This document shows, one piece after another, positions 18,975 to 28,516 of a DNA stretch of 64,000 bases. The position numbers and the translations under genes are program-made. A model generated the notes under the pieces. It was not told the origin of the DNA and did not search any database. It worked only from the letters and a program-made list of their open reading frames with translations. The stretch is from Treponema sp. (GTDB taxonomy: Bacteria > Spirochaetota > Spirochaetia > Treponematales > Treponemataceae). The stretch covers positions 7,690 through 71,689 of the forward strand of contig NZ_JAFRNB010000128.1 in the NCBI RefSeq assembly GCF_017430385.1, given 5' to 3'. How positions within the stretch are numbered: position 1 is the stretch's first letter; each line of letters opens with the position of its first letter.

Positions 18975-20090
18975 ATGAAAATCGGTATTGATACTTTTGG
19001 TTGCGAACACGGGCGAAGTGGCAGCGGCTCATACTTGAGTTCCATTTCTCAGAAATTTCAGAACACAGAAGATGTTAAGTTTGAGCTTTTTGGTGCGGAA
19101 ATTGACCGTTATACCTACGGTCGTGATTCAAACATCGGCTTTGAGTCTGTGCTTTTACCTGATACCGAACGCGCCGAAAAGGGCTGGCATATTCTTGTCT
19201 GCAACGCATTTGCCAAAAAACAAAAGTATGATGTCATGCTTTTTCCGGCATCAACTTATGCAATGCCGCTTGTTTTTCCTACTCCTTCTGTAGCCGTCGT
19301 GAACGATATTGTCTCCGAGCTTTTTGCGACAAAAACTTTAGCCGAGCGAATCAGAATCAAGTTCTGCCTTAGAAATGTCAATAAAATAATCGCTCCGAGC
19401 ATGTATGTCAAAAAAGACCTCAAACGGCTCGGAATCAACCAGGATAAAATTTCTGTCGTCCACAGCGGAATAAATCATTCTCTTTTTTATCAGCGCGAGA
19501 TTATTACTTCCGAGGCTGAGATGATAAAACCGTTTGCAATTCGCCGGCCTTATTTCCTGTATGCCTCAACGATGTCTTCTCCTCTTAAACGGCATGTTGA
19601 GCTTATAAAAGCGTTCGAGGTTTTCAAAAGAAAAACTAATCTTCCGCACAGGCTTGTTCTTGCGGGAAGTGAAGGTCAGTGCTCCGAGGCAATCAAAAAA
19701 GCCGCGATAACTTCTCAGTACGCATCAGATATTTTCATCACAGGCTATTTTCCGCATGAAAGTTTTCCTGCTCTTTACGCGGGAAGTGACGGGTGCTTGT
19801 TCCCTTCCGAAATCGAGGGAGTAGGGCTTCCTGTTCTTGAGGCCATGGCAACTGGAATCCCTGTCGCATGTTCAAAAAGTGGCGCGCTGCAGGAAATTGC
19901 CGGAGACAAAGCCATTCTTTTTGACAGCTCGAACATCGATGACATGGCGGCCGCCATCGAAAAAATTGCGACAGACAACAAGCTTCGCAAAAAAATGATA
20001 AAAGAAGGAATTGAGTGGGCGCAGAAATTCGACTGGCAGCAAACCGCTGATGACACGCTCGAAGTTTTGAAATCCGTGATAAATAAATAG
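18975..20090 (+). CDS. Glycosyltransferase, GT4 / GT-B fold
   Basis: FPSEIEGVGLPVLEAMATGIPVACS (EX7E motif); C-terminal FDWQQTA. Confidence 0.9.
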   Translation: MKIGIDTFGCEHGRSGSGSYLSSISQKFQNTEDVKFELFGAEIDRYTYGRDSNIGFESVLLPDTERAEKGWHILVCNAFAKKQKYDVMLFPASTYAMPLVFPTPSVAVVNDIVSELFATKTLAERIRIKFCLRNVNKIIAPSMYVKKDLKRLGINQDKISVVHSGINHSLFYQREIITSEAEMIKPFAIRRPYFLYASTMSSPLKRHVELIKAFEVFKRKTNLPHRLVLAGSEGQCSEAIKKAAITSQYASDIFITGYFPHESFPALYAGSDGCLFPSEIEGVGLPVLEAMATGIPVACSKSGALQEIAGDKAILFDSSNIDDMAAAIEKIATDNKLRKKMIKEGIEWAQKFDWQQTADDTLEVLKSVINK

Positions 20091-20104
20091 ATGGGAAAAA
20101 AAAC

Positions 20105-20196
20105 TGCCCTGCAAGGATGCAGGGCCAAAGCCAGAGAATTTTCGTTAGAAAATTCTCGTACGAATCAAAAAATTACAGGAGGTAATTTTTTGTTCG
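20105..20196 (+). repeat. Three-hairpin intergenic repeat, copy B
   Basis: GCCCTGCA-AGGA-TGCAGGGC; GAGAATTTTC-GTTA-GAAAATTCTC; CAAAAAATTAC-AGGAG-GTAATTTTTTG; lies between convergent genes. Confidence 0.85.
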
Positions 20197-20198
20197 GT

Positions 20199-20747
20199 TT
20201 AGTCCTCAACTGCTACACCCAAGTGTTTTTTCTGGAATTTCTTGAGCATTGCAACACCGTTGCGTTTGCCATTGTATACATAACCGCCATCCCAGTATTC
20301 GAGGGCTGCGAAAAGGGCGTTACCACCGTCCTGATCGTCTGATTTCTTTGTGCGGAATGAAACATAGTTTGCCAATTCCTCGAAATCTGAGTCGTGGAGT
20401 GCCTGCAATCGTTTGCGGTTGAATTCGTTCCATTTTTCCAAATCTTTGAAACCTTCGCCTTCGTCCTGTACGATGAGGTGAGCGTGTGAAGGGCTGAATG
20501 AATACCAAACCTTAACCTTTTTGTTGATGTCGCAGCCGTTACCGTGTTTTACAGCGTTTTTGATAACCTCGGAAATCTGCTGCTCAAGAAGGTTGATTTC
20601 TTTGATTTCAAGTGGTGCTGACTGAACAATAAGAAGTGTGAAATAGCGAATCTGGCGGAAATCTGATGGGAATTCCTTGTAGAGCATGTTCGTTGTGTCG
20701 AACAACGGATCGTTGTCGTCTGAACGCAATTCTTTAATCTGTTCCAT
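20199..20747 (-). CDS. RsbW-like anti-sigma factor / GHKL kinase domain protein
   Basis: N-box SEVIKNAVKHGN, G1 box VQDEGEGF; adjacent to STAS and PP2C genes. Confidence 0.82.
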   Translation of the reverse strand: MEQIKELRSDDNDPLFDTTNMLYKEFPSDFRQIRYFTLLIVQSAPLEIKEINLLEQQISEVIKNAVKHGNGCDINKKVKVWYSFSPSHAHLIVQDEGEGFKDLEKWNEFNRKRLQALHDSDFEELANYVSFRTKKSDDQDGGNALFAALEYWDGGYVYNGKRNGVAMLKKFQKKHLGVAVED

Positions 20748-20765
20748 TACTGTTTACCTCACTTA

Positions 20766-21104
20766 TTATTCGTTTACCATGAGAAGTGCTTCCTCAACGC
20801 TGTTTGCGATAGGGAAGTAGCCCATGAGTTTTGTAAGTTCAATGACCTTCTTTACAGAGCCATGAATGTTTGAGATTGCAAGCTTGAGATTCATCTTTTT
20901 GATTGTTGAACAGATGTAAATCAATGCGCCGATTCCAGACGAGTCGATGTAATCTACCTGCTCAAGGTTGATGATGAAGCTCTTTACATTCTTCTCAAGC
21001 ATTTTCATGACGAGTTCCTTTAGTTTATAGGAGTTGTAAAGATCCATTTCGCCGTTTACATCGATGATATAAACTTCTCCATTCTTTCTAATTTTCAGTT
21101 CCAT
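20766..21104 (-). CDS. Anti-sigma factor antagonist (STAS, RsbV/SpoIIAA-like)
   Basis: GEMDLY, DYIDSSGIGAL phospho-Ser motif; 112 aa. Confidence 0.92.
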   Translation of the reverse strand: MELKIRKNGEVYIIDVNGEMDLYNSYKLKELVMKMLEKNVKSFIINLEQVDYIDSSGIGALIYICSTIKKMNLKLAISNIHGSVKKVIELTKLMGYFPIANSVEEALLMVNE

Positions 21105-21122
21105 AAATTTTAACTCCTTTAG

Positions 21123-22778
21123 TTACTGAATTTTAATCACAAGAAGTGTCTGGTCATCGCGCAGCGTTTCGTTGCCAACGAACTTCTTGATATCTGTTTT
21201 TACCAGGTTGGCAATATCCTTACCTGGCAATTTAGCATTCGCCTTTATGATATTAGTCAAGCTCGCAAGGGAATATTGCTGCCCCTGTGCATTAAGAGCT
21301 TCGACCAAACCATCAGTATAACATATTATAATGTCTCCTTGGCTCGCTGTAAACTCTATATCCTTATAACTTGTTGTTTTTTCGATGCCGATTGGCTCAC
21401 AAGTTGTGGATATTTTTTCTATAGCGTCCTTAGCTACATTATAACGATAAACAGGAACACTTCCACCTGTTGAAAGCTGGAATTTTCGTTTTGTAGGATC
21501 GTAGTTGATGAGCGCGACCGATGCGAAGTGGTCTGCGTTCGGCTCGCTACAGATGCCCCTGTTAGCCCAGCTCAAGATTGTTCCTGCTGTCTGCGTTGTG
21601 TTGACGATAAGGCGGAACATGGCACGAATCATTGCCATTACAAGCAATGAGTTCATTCCCTTTCCTGCGACATCCATCATGATGAATGCTATTCTGTCCT
21701 GCCGTGCCGGGATTACATCGTAGATGTCTGAACAAACGCCGGAAGTGTGCTCCGCGTAAGTTCCGATGTTAAGCCCAGCAAGCGGAGGAAGTTTTTTTGG
21801 AAGAAGCGAAAGCTGAATGTTTGATGCAATGTCCGCTTCTTTTGTAAGTTCCTGTTTTTCAGTGTATTGTTTGAAATTAAGAACTGTTTTTAATGCGGCT
21901 TCGGCAAATCCTGCGAGTGTCTGTGCCCAATCGAATTCCTGATCTCCGAACGGGTCAACGCCAGGGTTGCGCGAAAGTGCAAGAACGCCTACGACAACAT
22001 CTTTGTCAGGCATTCGGAGAGGAAGGAAGATGTAGCTGCCGAGCTTAAGGAAGTCCTCCGGCTCGTTCTCGAAAATGCGATCGTCCATCTTTGGAGCTGG
22101 AATAAGCTCTGCTTTTCCGGCCGTAGCGACTTCACCAAAAATGTTGTCGCGGAGAGGGAACTGCGCATATTTGAAACTTGTCGAGACTCTGAGTGGCTTG
22201 TGCGGCAAGTCATCAGGCAATTTGTATGGCGGCGGGAATTCGCCTGTAAATGATTTTACTGTGATTAAATCCTCGAATTCATCGACCATGAGGATTGCAC
22301 CGCCGTTTGCCTTTGTCGCCTGAACACAAGTTGTGTTGATTGAGTCGAGCAGGGCCTGCATTCCGTCTTTGTTTGAGAAAGAATCTGAGGCGAGGGCAAT
22401 GAAAGATTTGCCTTTTTCAATGAGGTCGAGTTTTTCGACCTGAATTTCTTCAACGACAATCTCTGGTTTCTGCTCTTCTGTTTCGGCCTCGTCCTCAACT
22501 GCCTTTACATACTCCTGTGGTTTTCCAAAGGCGAGCATGATGCAGTAAGGAATGAAAAGCAAAGCCGTGAGAAGGATGAGAAGCGCAAAAATCATCATAC
22601 CTGGGTGAGAGGCGGTGTAAATACATGCGAATATTACTACCGCCAGCGCGAAATATGCAATAAAACTGACCTTTGCTGTTTTTCGAATCTTAATGATTGT
22701 TATGAGGACCGCTATTACTACAGCAATAGCAGCCGTACAGAACAAAGGTACATAAGAAATTGCGTCTGATGTGAACAT
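21123..22778 (-). CDS. SpoIIE/RsbU-family PP2C phosphatase with N-terminal TMs and GAF domain
   Basis: About 3 TM segments, GAF-like middle, ASNIQLSLLP, DVAGKG, YTDGLVEA, DDQTLL; ATG 22778 with GGGAG RBS. Confidence 0.9.
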   Translation of the reverse strand: MFTSDAISYVPLFCTAAIAVVIAVLITIIKIRKTAKVSFIAYFALAVVIFACIYTASHPGMMIFALLILLTALLFIPYCIMLAFGKPQEYVKAVEDEAETEEQKPEIVVEEIQVEKLDLIEKGKSFIALASDSFSNKDGMQALLDSINTTCVQATKANGGAILMVDEFEDLITVKSFTGEFPPPYKLPDDLPHKPLRVSTSFKYAQFPLRDNIFGEVATAGKAELIPAPKMDDRIFENEPEDFLKLGSYIFLPLRMPDKDVVVGVLALSRNPGVDPFGDQEFDWAQTLAGFAEAALKTVLNFKQYTEKQELTKEADIASNIQLSLLPKKLPPLAGLNIGTYAEHTSGVCSDIYDVIPARQDRIAFIMMDVAGKGMNSLLVMAMIRAMFRLIVNTTQTAGTILSWANRGICSEPNADHFASVALINYDPTKRKFQLSTGGSVPVYRYNVAKDAIEKISTTCEPIGIEKTTSYKDIEFTASQGDIIICYTDGLVEALNAQGQQYSLASLTNIIKANAKLPGKDIANLVKTDIKKFVGNETLRDDQTLLVIKIQ

Positions 22779-22880
22779 TTGACTCCCTTTATTGAAACAC
22801 AAGCCGATGTCAGGCAGCCTGTGCTTCCTCTACATATTTTATAATTGTAACATCGGAAGAAATTACCGTCAAGTTTTTAT

Positions 22881-23810
22881 TTAATTTTGGATTTTGATTT
22901 TTTTCTTGAAAAGCAGTCCTTTCAGCTTGTTTTTGAAGTGGGTAAGTGGTGACTCACCGAAAGTCTTCATGAAAGGTGCGGCTATGTCTTCAAGGGTCGT
23001 GCCCTCTCCGAACTTGCCTTTCAGCTCGTCCCAGTATTTAATCATCCATACATAGAGGTCGCTCTTGGTGCGGTGACGGAAGTATTTCATGATGTGATAT
23101 TTGTCAATTATCCGTATTACCGGGAGATAAACCGTCATAAGCCATGACTGCATAGCCTGGTCCATGCCGATTTCCTGTGACTGGTTCATGTTTATGTAAT
23201 ACTTGTGAGTGAGAATGTGGTTGTAAATCACATCGTACTGGCCGGGAACGGAAAAGTCCAGCGTCCAGAATTCTGTGGCATCGCCGAAACCTGTCTCTGT
23301 GTAGAAAACCCTTTTCTCGTAATTGATGACATGCTTCGTCATTTTTTTGAAGGAGTCGCCCGGATGAAGCTTGATTTCGCTTTGAAGGCTGACGACCTCC
23401 GCATCGATGAATTCGATTCCCTTTGATTTTGCGACTGATACCCTGTGGTTGCCGTCACGAACGAAATAGACTCCGCCAAGCTCATAAAGCGAGATTGGTG
23501 GAAGCGGAATGTCGTTGATGTGAGCCATGTCTATGTGCTCCCATCGGGCTTTCAGGTGAAGGTTCTTCGGGAAAAAGCGGTTGTCAAAGTCGTTGTAACG
23601 GCCTTCGCTTCCGACTATGAGATTGACAGGAACCGTCATCATTCCTTTGTAAACTTCGTTGTCAGGTTTGAGAAGCTTTTTGATGTCAGACAATGATATG
23701 AGCGTGGCTTCGTCCGGGTTGAGAAAATGCTGCACCTCGTTGAAAAGTGCCTTGTGACGAGCTTTTGAAAAGTCTTCGTCCGTCATTGTTGATGTCATTG
23801 ATTCGCTCAT
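22881..23810 (-). CDS. ParB/Srx-like domain protein
   Basis: IVGSEGRYNDFD..FFP; PPISLYELGGVYFVRDGNHRVSVAK (ParB-N/Srx DGxHR motif). Confidence 0.75.
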   Translation of the reverse strand: MSESMTSTMTDEDFSKARHKALFNEVQHFLNPDEATLISLSDIKKLLKPDNEVYKGMMTVPVNLIVGSEGRYNDFDNRFFPKNLHLKARWEHIDMAHINDIPLPPISLYELGGVYFVRDGNHRVSVAKSKGIEFIDAEVVSLQSEIKLHPGDSFKKMTKHVINYEKRVFYTETGFGDATEFWTLDFSVPGQYDVIYNHILTHKYYINMNQSQEIGMDQAMQSWLMTVYLPVIRIIDKYHIMKYFRHRTKSDLYVWMIKYWDELKGKFGEGTTLEDIAAPFMKTFGESPLTHFKNKLKGLLFKKKIKIQN

Positions 23811-24527
23811 TTATTCACTCTCCAAATCTAAAATTGTGTAGCTGTATGCGTTTACGACCGTAGTATTCCCCACTTTTGTTGTTCTTGGCGTGTTCATGTC
23901 GTAAAGATGTATGTGACCATGAACCAGATATGTGGGCTGGAATTTTTTTATGAACCAGTTGAAACATTCAAAACCTTTGTGGCACGGATCTTCCTTGTCA
24001 TGAATATGGCGCGGTGAGGCGTGCGTGAGAAAAATATCAAGGAATGTGCCGTATCTGATACGATTGTAAATCAGCTTCGGAACCAGCGCAAGCAATTTGA
24101 AGAACATCTGTGAGTCCGTGTATTGGTTGAGGCCGTTGTTATAGCGGATTGAACCTGAAACCCCTGCAATCAAGAGGGGGCGTGTTTTTCCGTTTGTGCG
24201 TGGAATTCTGAATTTCTTATCCTTAAGGACTTTGAATCCTGCGTAAGTCGCACCGAAACTTCCCTCCATGTCGAGCGCGGAATGATAGTCCCAGCTTGGG
24301 TGAGAGCCTTTCTTTTGCTTCTGCTTGTGGTAGAATCCGAATTCGGAAAGATTGTGGTTCCCGAAAATAAAATAAGTCTGCCTGTTGAGCGTGGAGACGA
24401 TGAAATCTATGTAGTCAGATGGCAAATCCCCGGCACATAGAATTAAATCTATGTCCGAGAAGCGTTCTTTTGCCCCGGTACTGTATACGAGAGGGTCGAT
24501 TTGGTCGGAGACACAGAGAATCTTCAT
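23811..24527 (-). CDS. Calcineurin-like metallophosphoesterase
   Basis: VSD, AGD, GNH, THA, HGHIH motifs. Confidence 0.88.
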   Translation of the reverse strand: MKILCVSDQIDPLVYSTGAKERFSDIDLILCAGDLPSDYIDFIVSTLNRQTYFIFGNHNLSEFGFYHKQKQKKGSHPSWDYHSALDMEGSFGATYAGFKVLKDKKFRIPRTNGKTRPLLIAGVSGSIRYNNGLNQYTDSQMFFKLLALVPKLIYNRIRYGTFLDIFLTHASPRHIHDKEDPCHKGFECFNWFIKKFQPTYLVHGHIHLYDMNTPRTTKVGNTTVVNAYSYTILDLESE

Positions 24528-24535
24528 GGTGGCAG

Positions 24536-25897
24536 TTAAATCCCCGCTTTAGCAAGTAGAGATTCAAGCTTTTCTTTGCCGACAAGTTCGATAGGACGGT
24601 TCTCGGCAAATCTGATTGCCGTGGTTGTGAATTCTGAAGAAGTACATGCGAATGCCTTAGCGCAGTTCTTGGTCTTTGCCAGATCAAGCGTGCGGCGCAC
24701 TTCGGCATCCTCGATAGGGTCGGTGACACGGTAGAAATTGAGCAGGAAGAGCTGTTTGCGCATGTTCATCCAGTCGTCTTTCTGGGCTTCGGTTGCGATA
24801 ATCTGACAACCCCATTTTGTTTCCTGGGCTGTCTGTGCTGAAAGATTGAAGCCGGCCAGAGCTGTTTTTTTGCAGATTTCGACGAATTCAGCGTTTGAGC
24901 TTGTGAGGAATTCCTTGAGACTGTCGTTTGACTGCAAATCTTTGTATTCTGACAACTTGGAAGGAACATCGCGGAAGTTGCGGCTGATTTTTGAGATAAT
25001 CTGCCACTGCTCGATGGCTTTGTCAATCTTGCGGTTCTTTTCGTAGCAGCTTGCAAGGAAGTATCGTGCGTAAAGAGTTTCCTGTGATTTATCGTCTTTT
25101 CCGGCCTTGATTGCCTTTTCGAATTCGAGCTGAGCATTGTCGATTGCGTTTGCGAGCATGTAGCATGAGCCTCGTTCAAGCAAAGCTCTCTGTTTGAATT
25201 CGGGATCGCGGCAGGCTTTTTCGAAAGATTTGACGGCTGCCGGGTATTCCTTGTTTTCCTTTTGGATTTTGCCAAGGTAGTAATATGTAGAGAATGTCTC
25301 CGGGCTGAGTTTGAGCGCGTAATCGATTGCTTTTTTTGCCTCGCCGAACTGTTTTGCACGGAAGAGAATCATTCCCATGCCGGCCCAAGCCTTTACATTC
25401 TTTTTGTTGAATTTGATTGCTTTTTGATAGAAACCGAGCGCACTTTCGGCATTGTTCTGCTGCTCATAAATTTTACCGCACTGGTAGAAGTTTTCTGAAT
25501 TTGTAGGCTCCAGCTTGGTGAGCAGAAGGAATTCTTTGAGGGCATCGTCGAGCTGGTTGAATTTGAGGTAGAGCTGAGAAAGCTGCTTGCGGAATTCGGC
25601 CTCTGGGAGCTGAGCGTCAAAAAGGGCATTCGCCGCTACGGTTTTGAATTCCATGAGCGCGAGTTCATTCTTGTGGTCGGCCAGATATGCCTTGCCCAGA
25701 TAATAATGTGCATGGAAGTCGCGCGGATCTTTTGCGATGAGTGATTTTGCTGCTTTTTGCGCGGCATTGTACTTCTGCTGCTTGATGAGTTTGTTGATAG
25801 CATCGATTTTTTTTGGTGCTACCAATGATTTGATTACGAAAACTCCGAGAAATCCGATGAGAACTAGAAGTATTAAGCTGACTGCAACAACTACCAT
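24536..25897 (-). CDS. Membrane-anchored TPR protein with C-terminal Mrr-like (restriction endonuclease fold) domain
   Basis: Real start probably ATG 25897 (MVVVAVSL, TM segment); many TPRs; C-terminal TSSEFTTTAIRFAENRPIELVGKEKL resembles the Mrr_cat tail. Confidence 0.8.
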   Translation of the reverse strand: MVVVAVSLILLVLIGFLGVFVIKSLVAPKKIDAINKLIKQQKYNAAQKAAKSLIAKDPRDFHAHYYLGKAYLADHKNELALMEFKTVAANALFDAQLPEAEFRKQLSQLYLKFNQLDDALKEFLLLTKLEPTNSENFYQCGKIYEQQNNAESALGFYQKAIKFNKKNVKAWAGMGMILFRAKQFGEAKKAIDYALKLSPETFSTYYYLGKIQKENKEYPAAVKSFEKACRDPEFKQRALLERGSCYMLANAIDNAQLEFEKAIKAGKDDKSQETLYARYFLASCYEKNRKIDKAIEQWQIISKISRNFRDVPSKLSEYKDLQSNDSLKEFLTSSNAEFVEICKKTALAGFNLSAQTAQETKWGCQIIATEAQKDDWMNMRKQLFLLNFYRVTDPIEDAEVRRTLDLAKTKNCAKAFACTSSEFTTTAIRFAENRPIELVGKEKLESLLAKAGI

Positions 25898-26027
25898 AAT
25901 TGTAGAGATTATATACCAAGTTAAAGGATGTTTCAATAAAAAATTACATCTTGAATGGGGTGCTTTTGTTCTTTTAACTTGCGAAAAAGGTTTTTTTTGT
26001 CGATAATTATAGAGTAGAAATGCCATT

Positions 26028-28508
26028 ATGACTTTAAAAAAGATTTTTATATTAACTTTGATTTCCTCAATTTTGATTCCCGTTTTTTCAGCCGGAAAGA
26101 AAACATCGTCTTCTACAAAAAAAAATAAGGCTCCTGTTCCTGCGGCGGTAAATCCTACGACGACAAAATCCCCGGAGGCAAAGACCGCCGTTGACAAGCT
26201 AAAGAAAACTCCGTCATCAAAACAAAAAAAAGAGCCGGTGATTGTATATAATGAAGATTTTGTAAAGGGCGAGGAACTTTTTGTGCTCAATAAGCCAGAA
26301 GAAGCAATCGTCTATTTTGAAAAATCACTCCAGAGCGAAAATGTTGACCCAAAAGTCTATATCTATCTCGGAGTCTGCTATTATCAGATTGAGCAATATG
26401 ACAAATCTCTTGCGGTATGCGTTCAGGGACTTGCCAAGGAAGATACTGACCACAAAATCCTTGCGTACAATGCGGGTAACTCGTGCTATGCGATGGGAAA
26501 CTATATGCGTGCCGATGCGAGCTATGCGATAGCAATCCGTGAGGACGAGACATATTCTCCGGCGGTGTTGAACCGTGCCAATGCTCAGCTTAAGCTCGAC
26601 CATCTTTCTGATGCGCGTGATAATTACCGCAAATACCTTGATATGGAGCCAGAAACTCCCCAGCGTGAAAAAATCGAAATAATCCTGCGACTTCTTGATG
26701 AAGAAATTTTGCGCCGTGCGAACGAAAAGCCGGAACTTGTGAACGCAGAATTCAACATCGAGAATGAAAAAATGGAAGTTCCTGAGGAGCCGGAGATAGT
26801 CCTTGCTGATGATATTCCGCAGGAAAAGAAGGTTGATGAGAAAATTCCGAGCGAACTCGTACATTCTGTAGCTCCAGAATTGCCGCAGGTTGCAGTCGAG
26901 AAAAAGCCTTTGGAGCGCGTTGAATCTGAAAAAATCGCCGTTAAAAAAGAAACTCCAATCATTCCTGAACTTGTCGGACCGGACGGAGAACCACCGTACA
27001 TTCCTCCTGAGCAACTTAGGCTTGTTCCTGTTCTGCCTGTGATTGCTGATGCTGGCGATAATGCTGGCCGTCTTTCAAAAGATGCCGAAAAACTCAGGCT
27101 TGATGATGACATGAAGCGTTTTGAGGAAGAATACCGCCGTGAACGGGAAGAAGCTCAAAAGGCAGAGAATGCCCGAATTGCCGCCGAAGCCGAGGAAAGC
27201 CGAAGAAAAGCAGCCGAAGCTGAGCGTGAAGCCGAAGAAAAGCGAAGAAAAGCCAGAGAAGAAGAAGAAAAAATTGCGGCACAGAAACGCGCGCTTGAAG
27301 AAGAGCGCATGAATCTTGAAAAAGCAAAAATGAATGCTGAAATCGAGGCTCAGAAAAGAGCTTTGGAAGAGCAGCAGCGTAAAATGGAAGAATCGATGAA
27401 AGCTTTTGAGGAAAATCAGAAGCGTATCGCCGAGGAAAACCGCCGCAAAATGGAAGAGGACGCCCGCCTTGCCGAAGAAAAACGAAAACTTGAGGATGCG
27501 AGAAGGGCTTTTGAGGCAGAACAGCAAAGAGTAATGGAAGAAAACCGCCGTAAAATGGAAGAAGAGGCGCGGATAAAGGCTGAGGCCGAGGCAAAAGCTA
27601 AGGCGGAGGAAGAGGCGCGAAAGGCCATTGAAGCGCAGAAAGCCGCCGAAGAAGCCGCAAAACTCAAGGCTGCGGAAGAAGCAAAAAAGGCCGAAGAAGA
27701 AAAGAAAAGAGCAGAGGAAGAAGCCCGCCAGGCTGAGATTGCATCATGGCCGAAGCCTAGCGCATCTATTTCCGTCAAAGGCGGCTCGAATTTCACTCCT
27801 GACGGCGATGGTCAGAACGATACAGTTGTTTTCTCTCCTAGCATAGATTATCTTGAGGATCCTCCTGGCAGCTGGTCGCTCGATATTCTTGACCCGCAGG
27901 GAAATCCGTTCCGCACGATTAAAGGAAGCGGAAAACTCCCGAAAAACATTGAGTGGGACGGAATGAGCGACAAGGGCGAGGTCGTTCTTTCAAAAAATAC
28001 ATACACCGCGAAACTTACAGTTGTTCCATCTGCCAAAGATCAGGCTCGAATAGGAATGGCTTCCGTAGGTACTAGCGAAAAAGTTAAGACAGGCTTGCTT
28101 TTGCAGGTAATTGTTCCTGGCAAGGAGTGGAAAATGGTCGTAAATTCAATCAATTTCGTTCCCAATGGAGCACTTGGAGCCAATAAACTGACAAAAGAGC
28201 AAAGAGACTGGAACAAGGAGACACTTGACGAGATTGCCGAGGAAATAAAAGCTCACCCTGGCGCAAGCATAGTAATTATTGAAGGGTATGCGAACAATAT
28301 CAGCGGAACAGAAAAAGAGAACCGGGAGGAACTTATTCCGTTGAGCCAGCTTCGTGCAGATGCAATCGTAGATGAACTTGTAAAACGCGGGGTCAGCCGG
28401 GATTTGCTTCAGTCTACCGGTATGGGCGGTGCTAATCCTATGGCATCACAAAGTGACAAGGCAAACTGGTACAAGAATCGCCGTGTTGAATTCAGAATCA
28501 AGAAGTAG
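26028..28508 (+). CDS. Exported TPR / charged-helix / FlgD-Ig-like / OmpA-like domain protein
   Basis: Signal peptide; TPRs; ~210-aa E/K/R/A helix; FTPDGDGQND; OmpA C-terminal motifs IEGYAN, LSQLRADAIVDELVKRGV, NRRVEF. Confidence 0.85.
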   Translation: MTLKKIFILTLISSILIPVFSAGKKTSSSTKKNKAPVPAAVNPTTTKSPEAKTAVDKLKKTPSSKQKKEPVIVYNEDFVKGEELFVLNKPEEAIVYFEKSLQSENVDPKVYIYLGVCYYQIEQYDKSLAVCVQGLAKEDTDHKILAYNAGNSCYAMGNYMRADASYAIAIREDETYSPAVLNRANAQLKLDHLSDARDNYRKYLDMEPETPQREKIEIILRLLDEEILRRANEKPELVNAEFNIENEKMEVPEEPEIVLADDIPQEKKVDEKIPSELVHSVAPELPQVAVEKKPLERVESEKIAVKKETPIIPELVGPDGEPPYIPPEQLRLVPVLPVIADAGDNAGRLSKDAEKLRLDDDMKRFEEEYRREREEAQKAENARIAAEAEESRRKAAEAEREAEEKRRKAREEEEKIAAQKRALEEERMNLEKAKMNAEIEAQKRALEEQQRKMEESMKAFEENQKRIAEENRRKMEEDARLAEEKRKLEDARRAFEAEQQRVMEENRRKMEEEARIKAEAEAKAKAEEEARKAIEAQKAAEEAAKLKAAEEAKKAEEEKKRAEEEARQAEIASWPKPSASISVKGGSNFTPDGDGQNDTVVFSPSIDYLEDPPGSWSLDILDPQGNPFRTIKGSGKLPKNIEWDGMSDKGEVVLSKNTYTAKLTVVPSAKDQARIGMASVGTSEKVKTGLLLQVIVPGKEWKMVVNSINFVPNGALGANKLTKEQRDWNKETLDEIAEEIKAHPGASIVIIEGYANNISGTEKENREELIPLSQLRADAIVDELVKRGVSRDLLQSTGMGGANPMASQSDKANWYKNRRVEFRIKK

Positions 28509-28516
28509 GGCGGAAT

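Noticed and set aside
25898-26290. N-terminal 130-aa extension of the TPR ORF in the track (24536..26290)
   Set aside because: Overlaps the divergent 26028 gene and reads as its antisense; ATG 25897 gives a clean TM start with a -10 box.
26325-27796. Several long - strand ORFs (126-229 aa)
   Set aside because: Phe/Ser/Leu-rich antisense shadows of the purine-rich 26028 gene.
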